This document shows, piece by piece, positions 16,557-26,094 of a DNA stretch of 29,635 nucleotides (its first letter is position 1; each line of letters starts with the position of its first letter). Under the pieces are notes generated by a model. The model made no database searches. It was not told the DNA's origin and worked only from the letters and a program-made list of their open reading frames with translations. Source of the stretch: a virus (taxonomy: Duplodnaviria; Caudoviricetes). Position numbers and translations under genes: made by a program. The stretch lies in IMG/VR virus record IMGVR_UViG_3300044960_000463, positions 1 to 29,635 of that record; one strand, 5' to 3'.

Positions 16557-17136
16557 GGCGAAAAAGTCCAAGCCGAAGGCTCAGAAGGGCAAAGCCAAGC
16601 CGGAGGCTCGTCCAATCGTTGCGCCGGATGTCGATCTGGACTTGGACTTGACGGAAGGCGCGGAGATTGCTGCGGCTACCAGCGCCGATGGCATCCCGCC
16701 TTCGCGCTACGAGATCCCGGAGCATCTGCGCTTCTCCAAGCTGCTGAAACGCAAGAAGTTGAGCAAGGACGATTTGGCGCAGTTCAAGGAGAAGATGCTG
16801 CTGCTGCACGCTCCGGAAGCGCTTCGCCTTGCTTTCCAAGGGCTGCTGTCGCTGGCCCACAAGGAAGACCTGGGGGCGATCAAGCTGCTGCTAGAGGTCT
16901 TCGGCTACATCGAGCGCAAGGGCGGCATCAACGTCACGCAGCAGGTCGTGGCGACGAGCCAGTCTGGGACCACAGACAGCTTCGATTCCATCGTTCGGCG
17001 GCTGTATGCGGCTCGCAACGGCGGCCGGCAGGTTGGGCCGATGGAGGCGATGGAAGCGAGGTACCTGGAATCCGCGCGAAGCAGTGAGCTAAGCACAAGT
17101 TCATCGCAGGAGGCCGTAGCGATCGACGATGCTTGA
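16543..17136 (+). CDS. Putative terminase small subunit
   Basis: Directly upstream of and overlapping TerL; basic N-terminus and helical core (DLGAIKLLLEVFG). Called by position. Confidence 0.55.
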   Translation: MSKGKAKKSKPKAQKGKAKPEARPIVAPDVDLDLDLTEGAEIAAATSADGIPPSRYEIPEHLRFSKLLKRKKLSKDDLAQFKEKMLLLHAPEALRLAFQGLLSLAHKEDLGAIKLLLEVFGYIERKGGINVTQQVVATSQSGTTDSFDSIVRRLYAARNGGRQVGPMEAMEARYLESARSSELSTSSSQEAVAIDDA

Positions 17137-19351
17137 TCCGCATGGCCGGGACCCAGGGATTGCAGAGTTGATCGAGTACTTCGATCAGCCGGAGAAGTGC
17201 GACTGGTCCCTGCTTGCGCCCAAGGAGGTGCAGATCCTCCACGACGAGATCCAGAAGTGCATGGACAACTTCGAGTACTGCGCCCGGAACTACTTCTGGA
17301 TCTCGACCAAGGACATGCGGGACGTCCCGTTACGCCTCATGGACACTCAAGAGCTGGTGCTGGAGTGCATCAACCAGCTCAAAAAGAAAGGGCGCGGCGT
17401 ACGGCTGCTCATCATTAAGGCCCGCCAATTGTATGTCTCGACGTTCGTCGAGGCGTACATCGCCTGGTCCGCAATGTTTCAGCCCAACGCCAACGCGTTA
17501 GTCCTCTCCTATGACATGTCGCACGCCGCGTCCTTGTTTGGCATCATCCTGCACATCTACGACCGGCTGCCATGGTGGCTCCGGCCGATGATGGGACCGC
17601 GCAAGTACATGGAGGAGCTGCACCTGATCAATCCCGACCCGCAGCTTCGCGCCCGCGACCCCGGCCTCAACACGCGCATCCTGGTGCAAAGCGCCGGAAG
17701 GTACACCGGAGTGGCCGAGGGCTACCGCATTAACTTCGCCCATATCAGCGAGTTAGGGTCAATGGAAGAGGCCAAGGCGCGCTCGCTGGTCTTCGGCGAT
17801 CTGCGCTGGGCGCTGCCGGATGAGCCGACCACCTGCGCGATCATTGAAAGCCGCGTCAAGCGCTCGGCGCGGTTCCTAGAACGGCTCTGGGAAAGCCAGG
17901 TGCGATTAGGCGAGGTGGCGACATGGTTTCCGCTGTTCCTCCCGATCTATTTCGACAAGAGCCACTTCATTCCGCCGGAGGACGGCTGGAAGCCAGAAGA
18001 GCCGGAGCTGGCGGTCAAAACGCGCGCAGCGGAAGAGTGGTGCATGTGCTCTGGCTGCCGGCAGATTCGACCGACGAACTTCGGCGGCAAAAGCCTGGAT
18101 GGCACCCGCTGCTCGGATTGCAGCACTGGCATTTACCGGCCGTACGAGCTTAGTCTGGGGCAGATGCGCTGGCTGTGGCAGCAGCGCCAAAACGCTGAGG
18201 CGATTGGAGAAAGCGCTCTGATGGACATGCGCCAATCTCTGGCTACCAACCCGCAGGAAGCGTTCCAGTACATCACCGAGACGCTGTTCAGCAACAAGGC
18301 CATGGAGCGAGTGGCGCAGACCGTGCGGGAGCGCGAACCGCTGGCGGTGGGCTTCATGGACTCCTCCGGTAAGTTCCATGCCCCTCGCCGGCACGCCGGC
18401 GGAGAGACCTCGCTGTGCTGGTGCCCCGGCTGCAAGAAAAGCCACGTTGGCGACACCAACCGCTTCTTGAAGGTCTGGGAAATGCCCATTGAAGGCTGCC
18501 GGTACGTCATCGGCGTGGACGTGGCTTCCGGGCAGGGCAGCGGCTACGATTACTCGGTCATCTGGGTGAACCGCATTGGGGTTGCGCCGAACCCCGATGT
18601 GCAAGTGGCGTGCTTCCGCAGCAACGTCACCCGGCCGACAGACTTGGCGCTGGTGGCCGATGCCATCGGCCGCTGGTACAACAATGCCCTGATCGTGGTG
18701 GATTACACCAACTTCCAGACGGTTGGGGATCAGCTTCGGCACTACCTGCTGTACCCGAACCTGTACCGCTGGGCGAATCCGGATTCCGAACGCGTTCTGA
18801 CGCCTCGCTTTCATTGGGTGTGGAACTCGCGCAACCGGGAGGACGCCTGGGTGCAACTGGACGCATGGCTGGCTGACGGCTCTCTTATTGTGCGCGACCC
18901 GGTATTCGCTTGGGAGATGCGCCACTACGCCCGCCACCCGGATGGCACGATTGGGAACTCCACCAAAGGCAAGCGCGAGTCATGGGATGGCGCCGGTTAC
19001 GATGAGACCGTTCATGATGACACCGTGACCGCTTGCGAGCTGGCGCTACTTGGGGCGCATCAGCTCGATCGGCGCCGGCCAGGAGAGCTGCCAAACTCTG
19101 ATCCTGCCGGTTTGCAGCAAACAGGCAAATGGACCGCCTGTTGCCTGCGCTGCGGGCTGGTCTGGCACCGCGACGAGTACAATCGCGCAGAGCGCTGCCC
19201 GCTGGAGGGCTGCCGCAGCATCCTGATCAAGTGGCGCCATGAGAGCTGGGATCAACAGCAGAACACGAACTTTGACTTCAAAGACATGGGCAGATTGCCC
19301 GACGAGCAGCCCAGCATGGGCTACAGCAACGTAAAGGAGGTTGTTTTCTAA
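17129..19351 (+). CDS. terL: Terminase large subunit
   Basis: LLIIKARQLYVST (Walker A variant), FAHISE (Walker B), IIES, YVIGVDVASG.G..YDYS and HDD.V.A (RNase H-like nuclease). Confidence 0.93.
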   Translation: MLDPHGRDPGIAELIEYFDQPEKCDWSLLAPKEVQILHDEIQKCMDNFEYCARNYFWISTKDMRDVPLRLMDTQELVLECINQLKKKGRGVRLLIIKARQLYVSTFVEAYIAWSAMFQPNANALVLSYDMSHAASLFGIILHIYDRLPWWLRPMMGPRKYMEELHLINPDPQLRARDPGLNTRILVQSAGRYTGVAEGYRINFAHISELGSMEEAKARSLVFGDLRWALPDEPTTCAIIESRVKRSARFLERLWESQVRLGEVATWFPLFLPIYFDKSHFIPPEDGWKPEEPELAVKTRAAEEWCMCSGCRQIRPTNFGGKSLDGTRCSDCSTGIYRPYELSLGQMRWLWQQRQNAEAIGESALMDMRQSLATNPQEAFQYITETLFSNKAMERVAQTVREREPLAVGFMDSSGKFHAPRRHAGGETSLCWCPGCKKSHVGDTNRFLKVWEMPIEGCRYVIGVDVASGQGSGYDYSVIWVNRIGVAPNPDVQVACFRSNVTRPTDLALVADAIGRWYNNALIVVDYTNFQTVGDQLRHYLLYPNLYRWANPDSERVLTPRFHWVWNSRNREDAWVQLDAWLADGSLIVRDPVFAWEMRHYARHPDGTIGNSTKGKRESWDGAGYDETVHDDTVTACELALLGAHQLDRRRPGELPNSDPAGLQQTGKWTACCLRCGLVWHRDEYNRAERCPLEGCRSILIKWRHESWDQQQNTNFDFKDMGRLPDEQPSMGYSNVKEVVF

Positions 19352-19950
19352 TGGCCGCCGAAACCAGTACCAAGCCGCAACGTGAGTTCGCGGTGATCAT
19401 CTCCCTAGGCAAAGAGCAGGCGCACAAGGCTGAGAGCCTGCGCGGCGATGGGCAGGACAGCGTAGTTGACGCAATTGCCGCTGCGGCGACGCGCCTGGTG
19501 AACGAAGAGCTAGCCGGCGGGATCATGCTGCCGGCCGCCATGGCCGAGCGCATTCGCAAAGCGCTGCCCGATGCCACCCCAGCAGCGATTGTGAGCGCGG
19601 TGGAGCGTCAGGCAAGTCGTGATGGCGACACCACGGTTGTGGAGCTGCGCATTGACCCGGTGTGGTTAGGGCATCTTCGGGAATGCGCTGAGCGAGCTGG
19701 GGTCAGCCTGGAGCGCCACCTGCGCGTGACGCTGGATTGGGCCTTGGCGCAGGGCTGGCTGGGGACCGTGGCCCAGGAGCCGCACAAGGTTCTTCTGACC
19801 AAGGAGCAGTACGACGCCATTGCCATGGTGTTGGGCAAGGAGGACTTCACTGGAGACGACCTGTGCGGTTACCTCGGGGCGGACTTGTCCGATCCGCGCA
19901 GTCCGGCGGCCAAGGACGATTTCCTGAGCGCGATCTTGAGGGAAAAGTGA
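19351..19950 (+). CDS. Hypothetical protein, possible RHH-like segment
   Basis: Coupled to terL; VELRID...LRECAERAGVSLERHLR. Confidence 0.7.
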   Translation: MAAETSTKPQREFAVIISLGKEQAHKAESLRGDGQDSVVDAIAAAATRLVNEELAGGIMLPAAMAERIRKALPDATPAAIVSAVERQASRDGDTTVVELRIDPVWLGHLRECAERAGVSLERHLRVTLDWALAQGWLGTVAQEPHKVLLTKEQYDAIAMVLGKEDFTGDDLCGYLGADLSDPRSPAAKDDFLSAILREK

Positions 19951-19962
19951 GGAGGCAAGCCA

Positions 19963-20562
19963 GTGCCGATCTACGAATACTGGTGCCAACCCTGCGCCGA
20001 AGTTGAGGAGATGTACCGCAAGCGCTACGGCGAGCCGCCGCCACCATGCCCACGATGCGGCGGAGAGCGCGTAACGCTGGCGTCTCGCTTCGCGGTGGTG
20101 TTCACCGGGGACATCACCTCCCGCTACAAGCTCAAAGACCGCGAGGACGCCTACACCGATGGCGTGTGGATGTACCGCAAGCGCACCTCGCTCAGCGGCG
20201 AACCCGAGCCGGTCTACATTCAGACCTGGCAGGAGCTGCGCGAATTCTGCAAAGCGGAAGGGCTGTCACAGCCTGGGGAGGCGCCCACCAACGCCAGCAT
20301 CAGCTCCGATGGCAAGCGGTTGAGCGGCGCGGGCATGCCTGGGCAATGGGCAACCTTCTCCCCGGAAGTGCTCCCGGAGAAGGCGACCGCTCCGCCGCCT
20401 GATCCGCAACAAGCGGCACCGCTGGTCGAGATTACCGATCGGCGGTCGCTTGACCCTAAGGCCAATCCGCAGGTCATGGTTGTGGATGCGGCCAAGGCCC
20501 AAGCGGCCATAGAGAAAGGCGAGCCGCTGACATCAGCAGTGGAGGCGACGGTGGCGGCATGA
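19963..20562 (+). CDS. FmdB-family zinc-ribbon protein
   Basis: MPIYEYWCQPC...CPRCGG N-terminus; GAGGAGG RBS. Confidence 0.85.
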   Translation: MPIYEYWCQPCAEVEEMYRKRYGEPPPPCPRCGGERVTLASRFAVVFTGDITSRYKLKDREDAYTDGVWMYRKRTSLSGEPEPVYIQTWQELREFCKAEGLSQPGEAPTNASISSDGKRLSGAGMPGQWATFSPEVLPEKATAPPPDPQQAAPLVEITDRRSLDPKANPQVMVVDAAKAQAAIEKGEPLTSAVEATVAA

Positions 20563-20855
20563 AGCAACTCCTGCTAGCTTCGGCGGTGGCTTGCATCAGT
20601 TGGGCCATTACGGAGGCTGGCATTTCTGCGGGATTGCGGGCGGCAGCGGCCAGGCGCTCCCCCAAGCTGGGTAAGCTGCTGTCTTGTGGCTACTGCGCAG
20701 GCCACTGGGTGGCGTTAGCGATCCTTCTAAGCTGCCGCCCGCAATGGTTCCCAGAGCACGGTTACTGTGGCTACGTGCTGACCTGGCTGGCGCTGAGCTG
20801 GTTGGCCGGCGCCATGTGGGTGCTGATGAGGTTCTTTATGCCACAGGAAGGGTAA
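20559..20855 (+). CDS. DUF1360-like membrane protein
   Basis: LGKLLSCGYCAGHWVA motif with three hydrophobic segments. Confidence 0.7.
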   Translation: MKQLLLASAVACISWAITEAGISAGLRAAAARRSPKLGKLLSCGYCAGHWVALAILLSCRPQWFPEHGYCGYVLTWLALSWLAGAMWVLMRFFMPQEG

Positions 20856-20867
20856 AAGAGGCAAGCG

Positions 20868-22745
20868 ATGGCAGCGAACGTGATCGAGATGGCGCCGCGA
20901 GCGCCGATTGTCCTGAACACCAAAAGCGGGACCATGGACTTCCCGGATGGCTACCAAGCCTCTGTGCGGCGCTGGATCGGCGCTGCACGCGAGGAAGCCA
21001 TAGAAACGGCGAAGCTCAACCCGGAATTCGCCTACATCCAGACCTACATCGACATGCTGGAAGGGCGCTACTGGCCGCGCAGCCGGCCCAGCTACCGGTC
21101 GAAGTACTTCGATAACGCCATGTTCGCGGCTCGGATCGATGCGCTGTGCGCATTGACCGACATTCGCCCAGCTCCGGAAATCTCCTCCTCGGACAACCAC
21201 CCGCACTACTTGCGGCAAGCCGAGATTGCCAAGAAGATCATCGCCTACGAATGGGCGCAGCAGGACTTGGACTTGCGCTTGGAGGAAGCCGTTGACCATG
21301 CTTTGCTCAGCGTCGGCTACTGGAAGATCGGTGCGAGTATGCCTGGCCGGATGCACGTGCTGGCCGCCGGCATGGACTCCGTGTTCCCCATTCAGCCTGG
21401 GCGGGACATCCAAGACTCCTCAGGGGTTTTGTACCGCGTTTACAAGCCGTTGCACCGAATCAAGCAGGTCTACGGCGCGGCTGCGGACAACCTGGAGCGC
21501 CAGATCAGCATCGGCTCTGGGACGGTCGCAGGCTCCAACTACTCTCCGCCCGATCAGGTGCCTGAATATGGCTTCACCGCGATGAGTCCCACGATTCGCT
21601 CTGGGCAGCAAGGGCGCTACTTCGGCGTGTCTCCGCAGCGGGCCAGCCAGTTCCCGGTAGCCCTGGTCGAGGAGTTCTGGATCGACGACCCGAGCATCAA
21701 TGAGTCCGGGGTGGAGGTGCTGGTCAAGGACCCGCGCCTGCAAACCGACCAGCATAACTACTGGTATCGAGTTCCGCCTGGCGGGCGGCTGTTTCCGCGC
21801 AAGCGGTTGATCGTCGTCGTCGGCGAGCAGGTGCTTTACGATGGACCGTCGTGCTTCTGGCATGGGCGCTTCCCATTCGCTCAACTGATCCTGGTGCCGG
21901 CAGTGTGGCGCAATGGCGGGGTGTCCATCTACCGCAACCTTGTGCCGCTGGCAATCGCCAAAAACGAGCTTGGTGCAGGGATGATGGATCTTAGCCGAAG
22001 GGCCGTGGAGCCGCAGTTTGCCTTTGTGGACGGCGCCGTGGACGACACCAGCTTCCGCAGCTTCCACCAGGACATGCCTGGGGCCCGGTTGAAGTTCAAC
22101 CCCACTGCTGACCCGGTGCGTCACGCGACCTACCTGCAACCGCCACCGCTGCCTAGCTACGTTGGCGCTTTCTGGGATCGTGTCGATCAAGCCTTCCAGC
22201 GACACGCTGGAACGCTGGACATTGCCGGGATGAGCCGCAAGAACCAGATCCCTGGCGGCGATACCATCGAGCAGTTCCGCGATACCAGCCAAACGGCCTT
22301 CCGGCTTCAGAGCCGGCACATTGAGCCGTTTGTGCGTGAAGCCGCAGAGCAGTTTGTGAGCAACATCTTCCAGTACTACACGCGCGCGCAGCGCATGCGC
22401 ATGCTCGGCGCCGACGGCTTGACTTTCCATGACTTCGACTACGACCCCGGCTCCATGGTGCCTTGGAGTTCGCCAAAGGAAGACCACTGGCGGAACTTCA
22501 AGGTGCAGGTGGCGGCCGGCTCCATGCACGGCGGCAAGCGCGACCGGGACAAGCAGGTAGCCATCAGCCTCTACCGGCTGAATGCCATCCCTCGACGCAA
22601 ACTGTTGGAGATTCTGGAGTTCCCGGACATCGACCAGATCCTAGAAGAGCTGGCGATGGAGCGCCAGATGCTTGCCCCAGACGCTATTGGGAAAGGCGAA
22701 GTCCCGCGATTGACTCGTGGGCAGCGGACTGGCAATCCTTACTGA
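20868..22745 (+). CDS. Phage portal protein
   Basis: 625 aa after terL and before scaffold/capsid; AL..VGYWKI, VLYDGP..F.HGRFPF and G.S....L..L...N patterns typical of P22-like portals. Confidence 0.8.
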   Translation: MAANVIEMAPRAPIVLNTKSGTMDFPDGYQASVRRWIGAAREEAIETAKLNPEFAYIQTYIDMLEGRYWPRSRPSYRSKYFDNAMFAARIDALCALTDIRPAPEISSSDNHPHYLRQAEIAKKIIAYEWAQQDLDLRLEEAVDHALLSVGYWKIGASMPGRMHVLAAGMDSVFPIQPGRDIQDSSGVLYRVYKPLHRIKQVYGAAADNLERQISIGSGTVAGSNYSPPDQVPEYGFTAMSPTIRSGQQGRYFGVSPQRASQFPVALVEEFWIDDPSINESGVEVLVKDPRLQTDQHNYWYRVPPGGRLFPRKRLIVVVGEQVLYDGPSCFWHGRFPFAQLILVPAVWRNGGVSIYRNLVPLAIAKNELGAGMMDLSRRAVEPQFAFVDGAVDDTSFRSFHQDMPGARLKFNPTADPVRHATYLQPPPLPSYVGAFWDRVDQAFQRHAGTLDIAGMSRKNQIPGGDTIEQFRDTSQTAFRLQSRHIEPFVREAAEQFVSNIFQYYTRAQRMRMLGADGLTFHDFDYDPGSMVPWSSPKEDHWRNFKVQVAAGSMHGGKRDRDKQVAISLYRLNAIPRRKLLEILEFPDIDQILEELAMERQMLAPDAIGKGEVPRLTRGQRTGNPY

Positions 22746-22939
22746 GGACGCCATGCGGACAGCTTTGGTCAGTTGCCTTAGCCTGCATCCATGCCACAGC
22801 CCATGCGAGCGGACAACTGGTTTCGGGCAACGGACTTACACCGTGTGGAAGCCAGCCATAACGGATGCGTCCCTAACATATCCCGTGCTTGGCTTGCCGT
22901 TCTTATGGGCTGGCGGATAGGATATCTGTTCTGTGAGCA

Positions 22940-25885
22940 ATGTCGAATCAATCATCCAGACCGAAATTCTCCGTAGTCCTGATTGCAAAGAATGAAGCGA
23001 AGACGCTGCCGCGCCTGATGCGCTCCCTGCGCGAGTTTCAGGCCCGTGGCGGCGAGGTGGTGCTGGTGGACACCGGGTCAACCGATGGCACCCCTGAGGT
23101 TGCCCGTGCGCATGGGTGCAAAGTCGATGAGGTCGGCGCCAGGTTCGTGACCGAGATTGACGCGAAGCTGGCGGAGGCTATCAACCGCGAGTTTGTGGTG
23201 GTGCCCGATCCGCCGGTGGTCGCCGCTGGGGATCGGTTTTTCTGCTACGCCGATGCCCGCAATTACGCTGCCTCGCTTGCCAGCAACGACATCGTGTCGA
23301 TGCCAGATTGCGATGAGGAGTACACCGCGCTGGACATCGACGCGGTGAACCGCTACATCGACGAAGGCTACGGGCAGTTGGAGTTCTTGTTTGTCTACGC
23401 GCACGATGCGATGGGGCGGCCGGCGGTGCAGTTCCTGCAATGCAAGATGTACGACCGGCGATTGCTGCGCTGGAACCCAGAGTGCGTCATCCACGAGGTG
23501 CTTCAGCCGATTGATCCGCAGGCGGAGATCCGGCGAACTCAGCTTCCGGAAAACGTGCTCAAGATCGAGCACTGGCAGGACCCCACCAAGCCGCGCAGCC
23601 ACTACCTGCCTGGGCTGTGCTGGGAGGTCTACAAGCACCCGGACAATGACCGCAACATGCACTACCTGGGCCGGGAGCTGCTCTACACCCGGCGATACGC
23701 CAGTGCTGTGCAAGTGCTTCAGCGGCACATTGCCATGGACCGCTGGAAAGCCGAGAAGGCGCAGAGCATGATCTACCTGGGGGATTGCCTGGGCGGCCTA
23801 GGGCGACCAGACGAGCAGGCCGAGTGGTACTTCCGCGCCTTCCACACCGATCCGACGCGCCGCGAGGCGCTGTTGCGGCTGGCGGGCTTCTATCAGCACA
23901 ACCGGCAAGCGACAGCGGTCGCGGCCTTTGCCGCAGCAGCAATGGAGATCCCTTGGCACGCTTTCTATGCCAACCTGGTGGCACAGTACCGCGATGAGCC
24001 GCATGCTTTCCGCTACTGGGGGCGTGGCTGGCTTGGCAATATTCAAGGCGCCCAGGAGGACCTGCTGAAGTGCCTGGAGTGGAATCCCTTCAACGCGACC
24101 TACCTGGAGCACACGAAGTACTACTTCCCATATGCTGATCGCTTAATCGATGGCTGGATGCTCTACCCGGAACTGCTGTGGCTGTACGAAACTGCGGAGC
24201 GTATGCAAAGCGTGGTCGAAGTCGGCTCATGGAAAGGGCGTTCGACTCACGCCATTGCTTCCGGATGTCATCGGGGCGAGGTTTGGGCGGTAGACCATTT
24301 TCGCGGCTCCAAAGGCGAAGAGGTGCAGCATGCGGAAGCCGCAAACCCGGACAACATCTATCACCAGTTCCTGAATAACGCCAAGGAATTGAACAACTTG
24401 CATGTTCTGCGCATGGGTTCGCTCGAAGCCGCAGAGCGCTTCGACGACCACAGCGTAGACATGGTGTTCATCGACGCCGGGCACACCTACGAGGATGTCA
24501 AAGCGGACATCGAGGCATGGCTGCCCAAGGCGCGCATTCTGATTGCTGGGCACGACTTCGCGCCAGAGTGGCCCGGGGTGCGCCGCGCGGTCACGGAGCG
24601 ATTCGGCCAAGTCGGAAAGCACAAAACCATCTGGTATCGCTACGTGAAAGAGCCGCTTGTGAGCATCGTCATCCCGACGCTAGGGCGCGAAGAGCAGCTT
24701 CAGCGGCTCATCAGCCTGATCGAAACCAACGCCGGCTGGCCATTGTACGAGATCCTGGTGGAGGTGGACGACTGGCCGCCGAACAATCAAGGCGTGCCGC
24801 GCCTGGTCCAGCGCGGCGTAGCCCGGGCCCGAGGCGAGCTGGTCATGTACCTGGGGACGGACTGCGAGCCTCAGCACGGCTTCCTGCTGGAGGCTGTGCA
24901 CGCCATGCTGCGCCACTTCCCGGCCTACGACGGCCTGATCGGACTCAATGACGGGATCTACACCAGCGGGCAGGTGGCAACCCATTGGCTAGCGGGCAAG
25001 GCGCTGCTGCCATTGCTTGATGGCGAGTTTTTCCACACTGGCTACCATCATGTCGGATGTGACAATGAGCTCACCGCGCGTTGCCGCAAGCTTCGCCGGT
25101 ACGTTTGGTGCGAGCAGGCGCGGATCAACCACCATCACTTCAGCGTTACAGGCAAAGAGCTGGACGAAACCTACCGAGTAGGTTGGCAGCCGGAGCTGGT
25201 GGAGCGAGACCGGGCGCTGCTTCGCCAGCGCGCAGAGCAGCTTGGGCTGGACATCGAAGTGGACATGCGGCCGCGCAAAATCCCGCGACGGGCATTCTCC
25301 ATCTGGCTCGGGGAAGAGCCGCCGGAGCTGGTCAAAGTGTGCCTAAGCTCGCATCGGGAGCGGCTGAAGGGCTGGGAGTACAGACTGCTGACCCTGGACA
25401 ACACTCGCTGGATCGAGGATGCCTATTTCCGACGGGCGGTTGAGGCCAAACGATGGGTCAAGGCGGCTGACCGGTTGCGGCTGCTGGAGTTGCAGCGCAA
25501 TGGCGGGGTTTACCTAGACGCTGACATGGAGCTGCTGACGGAGATACCCCACTCGCTGTTGGTCCCGTCGATGCTCGTCGCCAGAGAGGAAAACGGCTTC
25601 ATCGCCAACAGCGTCATCGGGGCGGTCCCTGGACATCCGACTCTCGGACGTGTGCTTCAGCGGATGGAGCAAGCCGACCCTGAAGATGACAAGGTGTTCG
25701 AGAATGGCATGGAGATCTTCTCGCGCGAGGTGGACGCCTCGATCGCCGAAGGCGACCAGGACATCCTGGTGGTAGAACCCAGCGTGTTTTTCCCGTTCAA
25801 CCACCAGACGCACAAGACCACCTTCACCGAGAAAACCATTGCGTATCATCACTTTATGAAATCCTGGGCGGGAGGAGACGACTGA
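22940..25885 (+). CDS. Multidomain glycosyltransferase: GT2 - TPR - SAM methyltransferase - GT2 - GT32
   Basis: SVVLIAKNE..DTGSTDGT..DCDE (GT2); TPR helices; EVGSWKGRST..DMVFIDAGHTYE..GHD (Methyltransf_24-like); VSIVIPT (second GT2); KIPR..IWLG..GGVYLDADM..HHF..SW (GT32). Confidence 0.93.
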   Translation: MSNQSSRPKFSVVLIAKNEAKTLPRLMRSLREFQARGGEVVLVDTGSTDGTPEVARAHGCKVDEVGARFVTEIDAKLAEAINREFVVVPDPPVVAAGDRFFCYADARNYAASLASNDIVSMPDCDEEYTALDIDAVNRYIDEGYGQLEFLFVYAHDAMGRPAVQFLQCKMYDRRLLRWNPECVIHEVLQPIDPQAEIRRTQLPENVLKIEHWQDPTKPRSHYLPGLCWEVYKHPDNDRNMHYLGRELLYTRRYASAVQVLQRHIAMDRWKAEKAQSMIYLGDCLGGLGRPDEQAEWYFRAFHTDPTRREALLRLAGFYQHNRQATAVAAFAAAAMEIPWHAFYANLVAQYRDEPHAFRYWGRGWLGNIQGAQEDLLKCLEWNPFNATYLEHTKYYFPYADRLIDGWMLYPELLWLYETAERMQSVVEVGSWKGRSTHAIASGCHRGEVWAVDHFRGSKGEEVQHAEAANPDNIYHQFLNNAKELNNLHVLRMGSLEAAERFDDHSVDMVFIDAGHTYEDVKADIEAWLPKARILIAGHDFAPEWPGVRRAVTERFGQVGKHKTIWYRYVKEPLVSIVIPTLGREEQLQRLISLIETNAGWPLYEILVEVDDWPPNNQGVPRLVQRGVARARGELVMYLGTDCEPQHGFLLEAVHAMLRHFPAYDGLIGLNDGIYTSGQVATHWLAGKALLPLLDGEFFHTGYHHVGCDNELTARCRKLRRYVWCEQARINHHHFSVTGKELDETYRVGWQPELVERDRALLRQRAEQLGLDIEVDMRPRKIPRRAFSIWLGEEPPELVKVCLSSHRERLKGWEYRLLTLDNTRWIEDAYFRRAVEAKRWVKAADRLRLLELQRNGGVYLDADMELLTEIPHSLLVPSMLVAREENGFIANSVIGAVPGHPTLGRVLQRMEQADPEDDKVFENGMEIFSREVDASIAEGDQDILVVEPSVFFPFNHQTHKTTFTEKTIAYHHFMKSWAGGDD

Positions 25886-26094
25886 TGTCCTGTTGTGGGA
25901 AGCCAGCGGTGTGCCCTGGCAGAAGGAAGTACCCGAGCGAGCAGGCGGCGGAGCTGGCGGCGCAAATCGCTTCCAAGACCACGCGGCGCCACTTCGAGGC
26001 TTACTACTGTCCGCACTGCCAGGGGTTCCACATCGGCCACCGGCCGGCTAGCGCCGCTGGCGATACCAATCGAAAGGGAGGGAAGAAAGCATGA
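25885..26094 (+). CDS. Small zinc-binding phage protein
   Basis: C..RRKY....A...A...AYYCPHCQGFHIG; overlap-coupled on both sides. Confidence 0.72.
   Translation: MSCCGKPAVCPGRRKYPSEQAAELAAQIASKTTRRHFEAYYCPHCQGFHIGHRPASAAGDTNRKGGKKA

Noticed and set aside
17129-19351. Intein in the enlarged terminase
   Set aside because: No intein splice-junction (His-Asn then Cys/Ser/Thr) or LAGLIDADG motifs seen; the extra length is short Cys-rich inserts.
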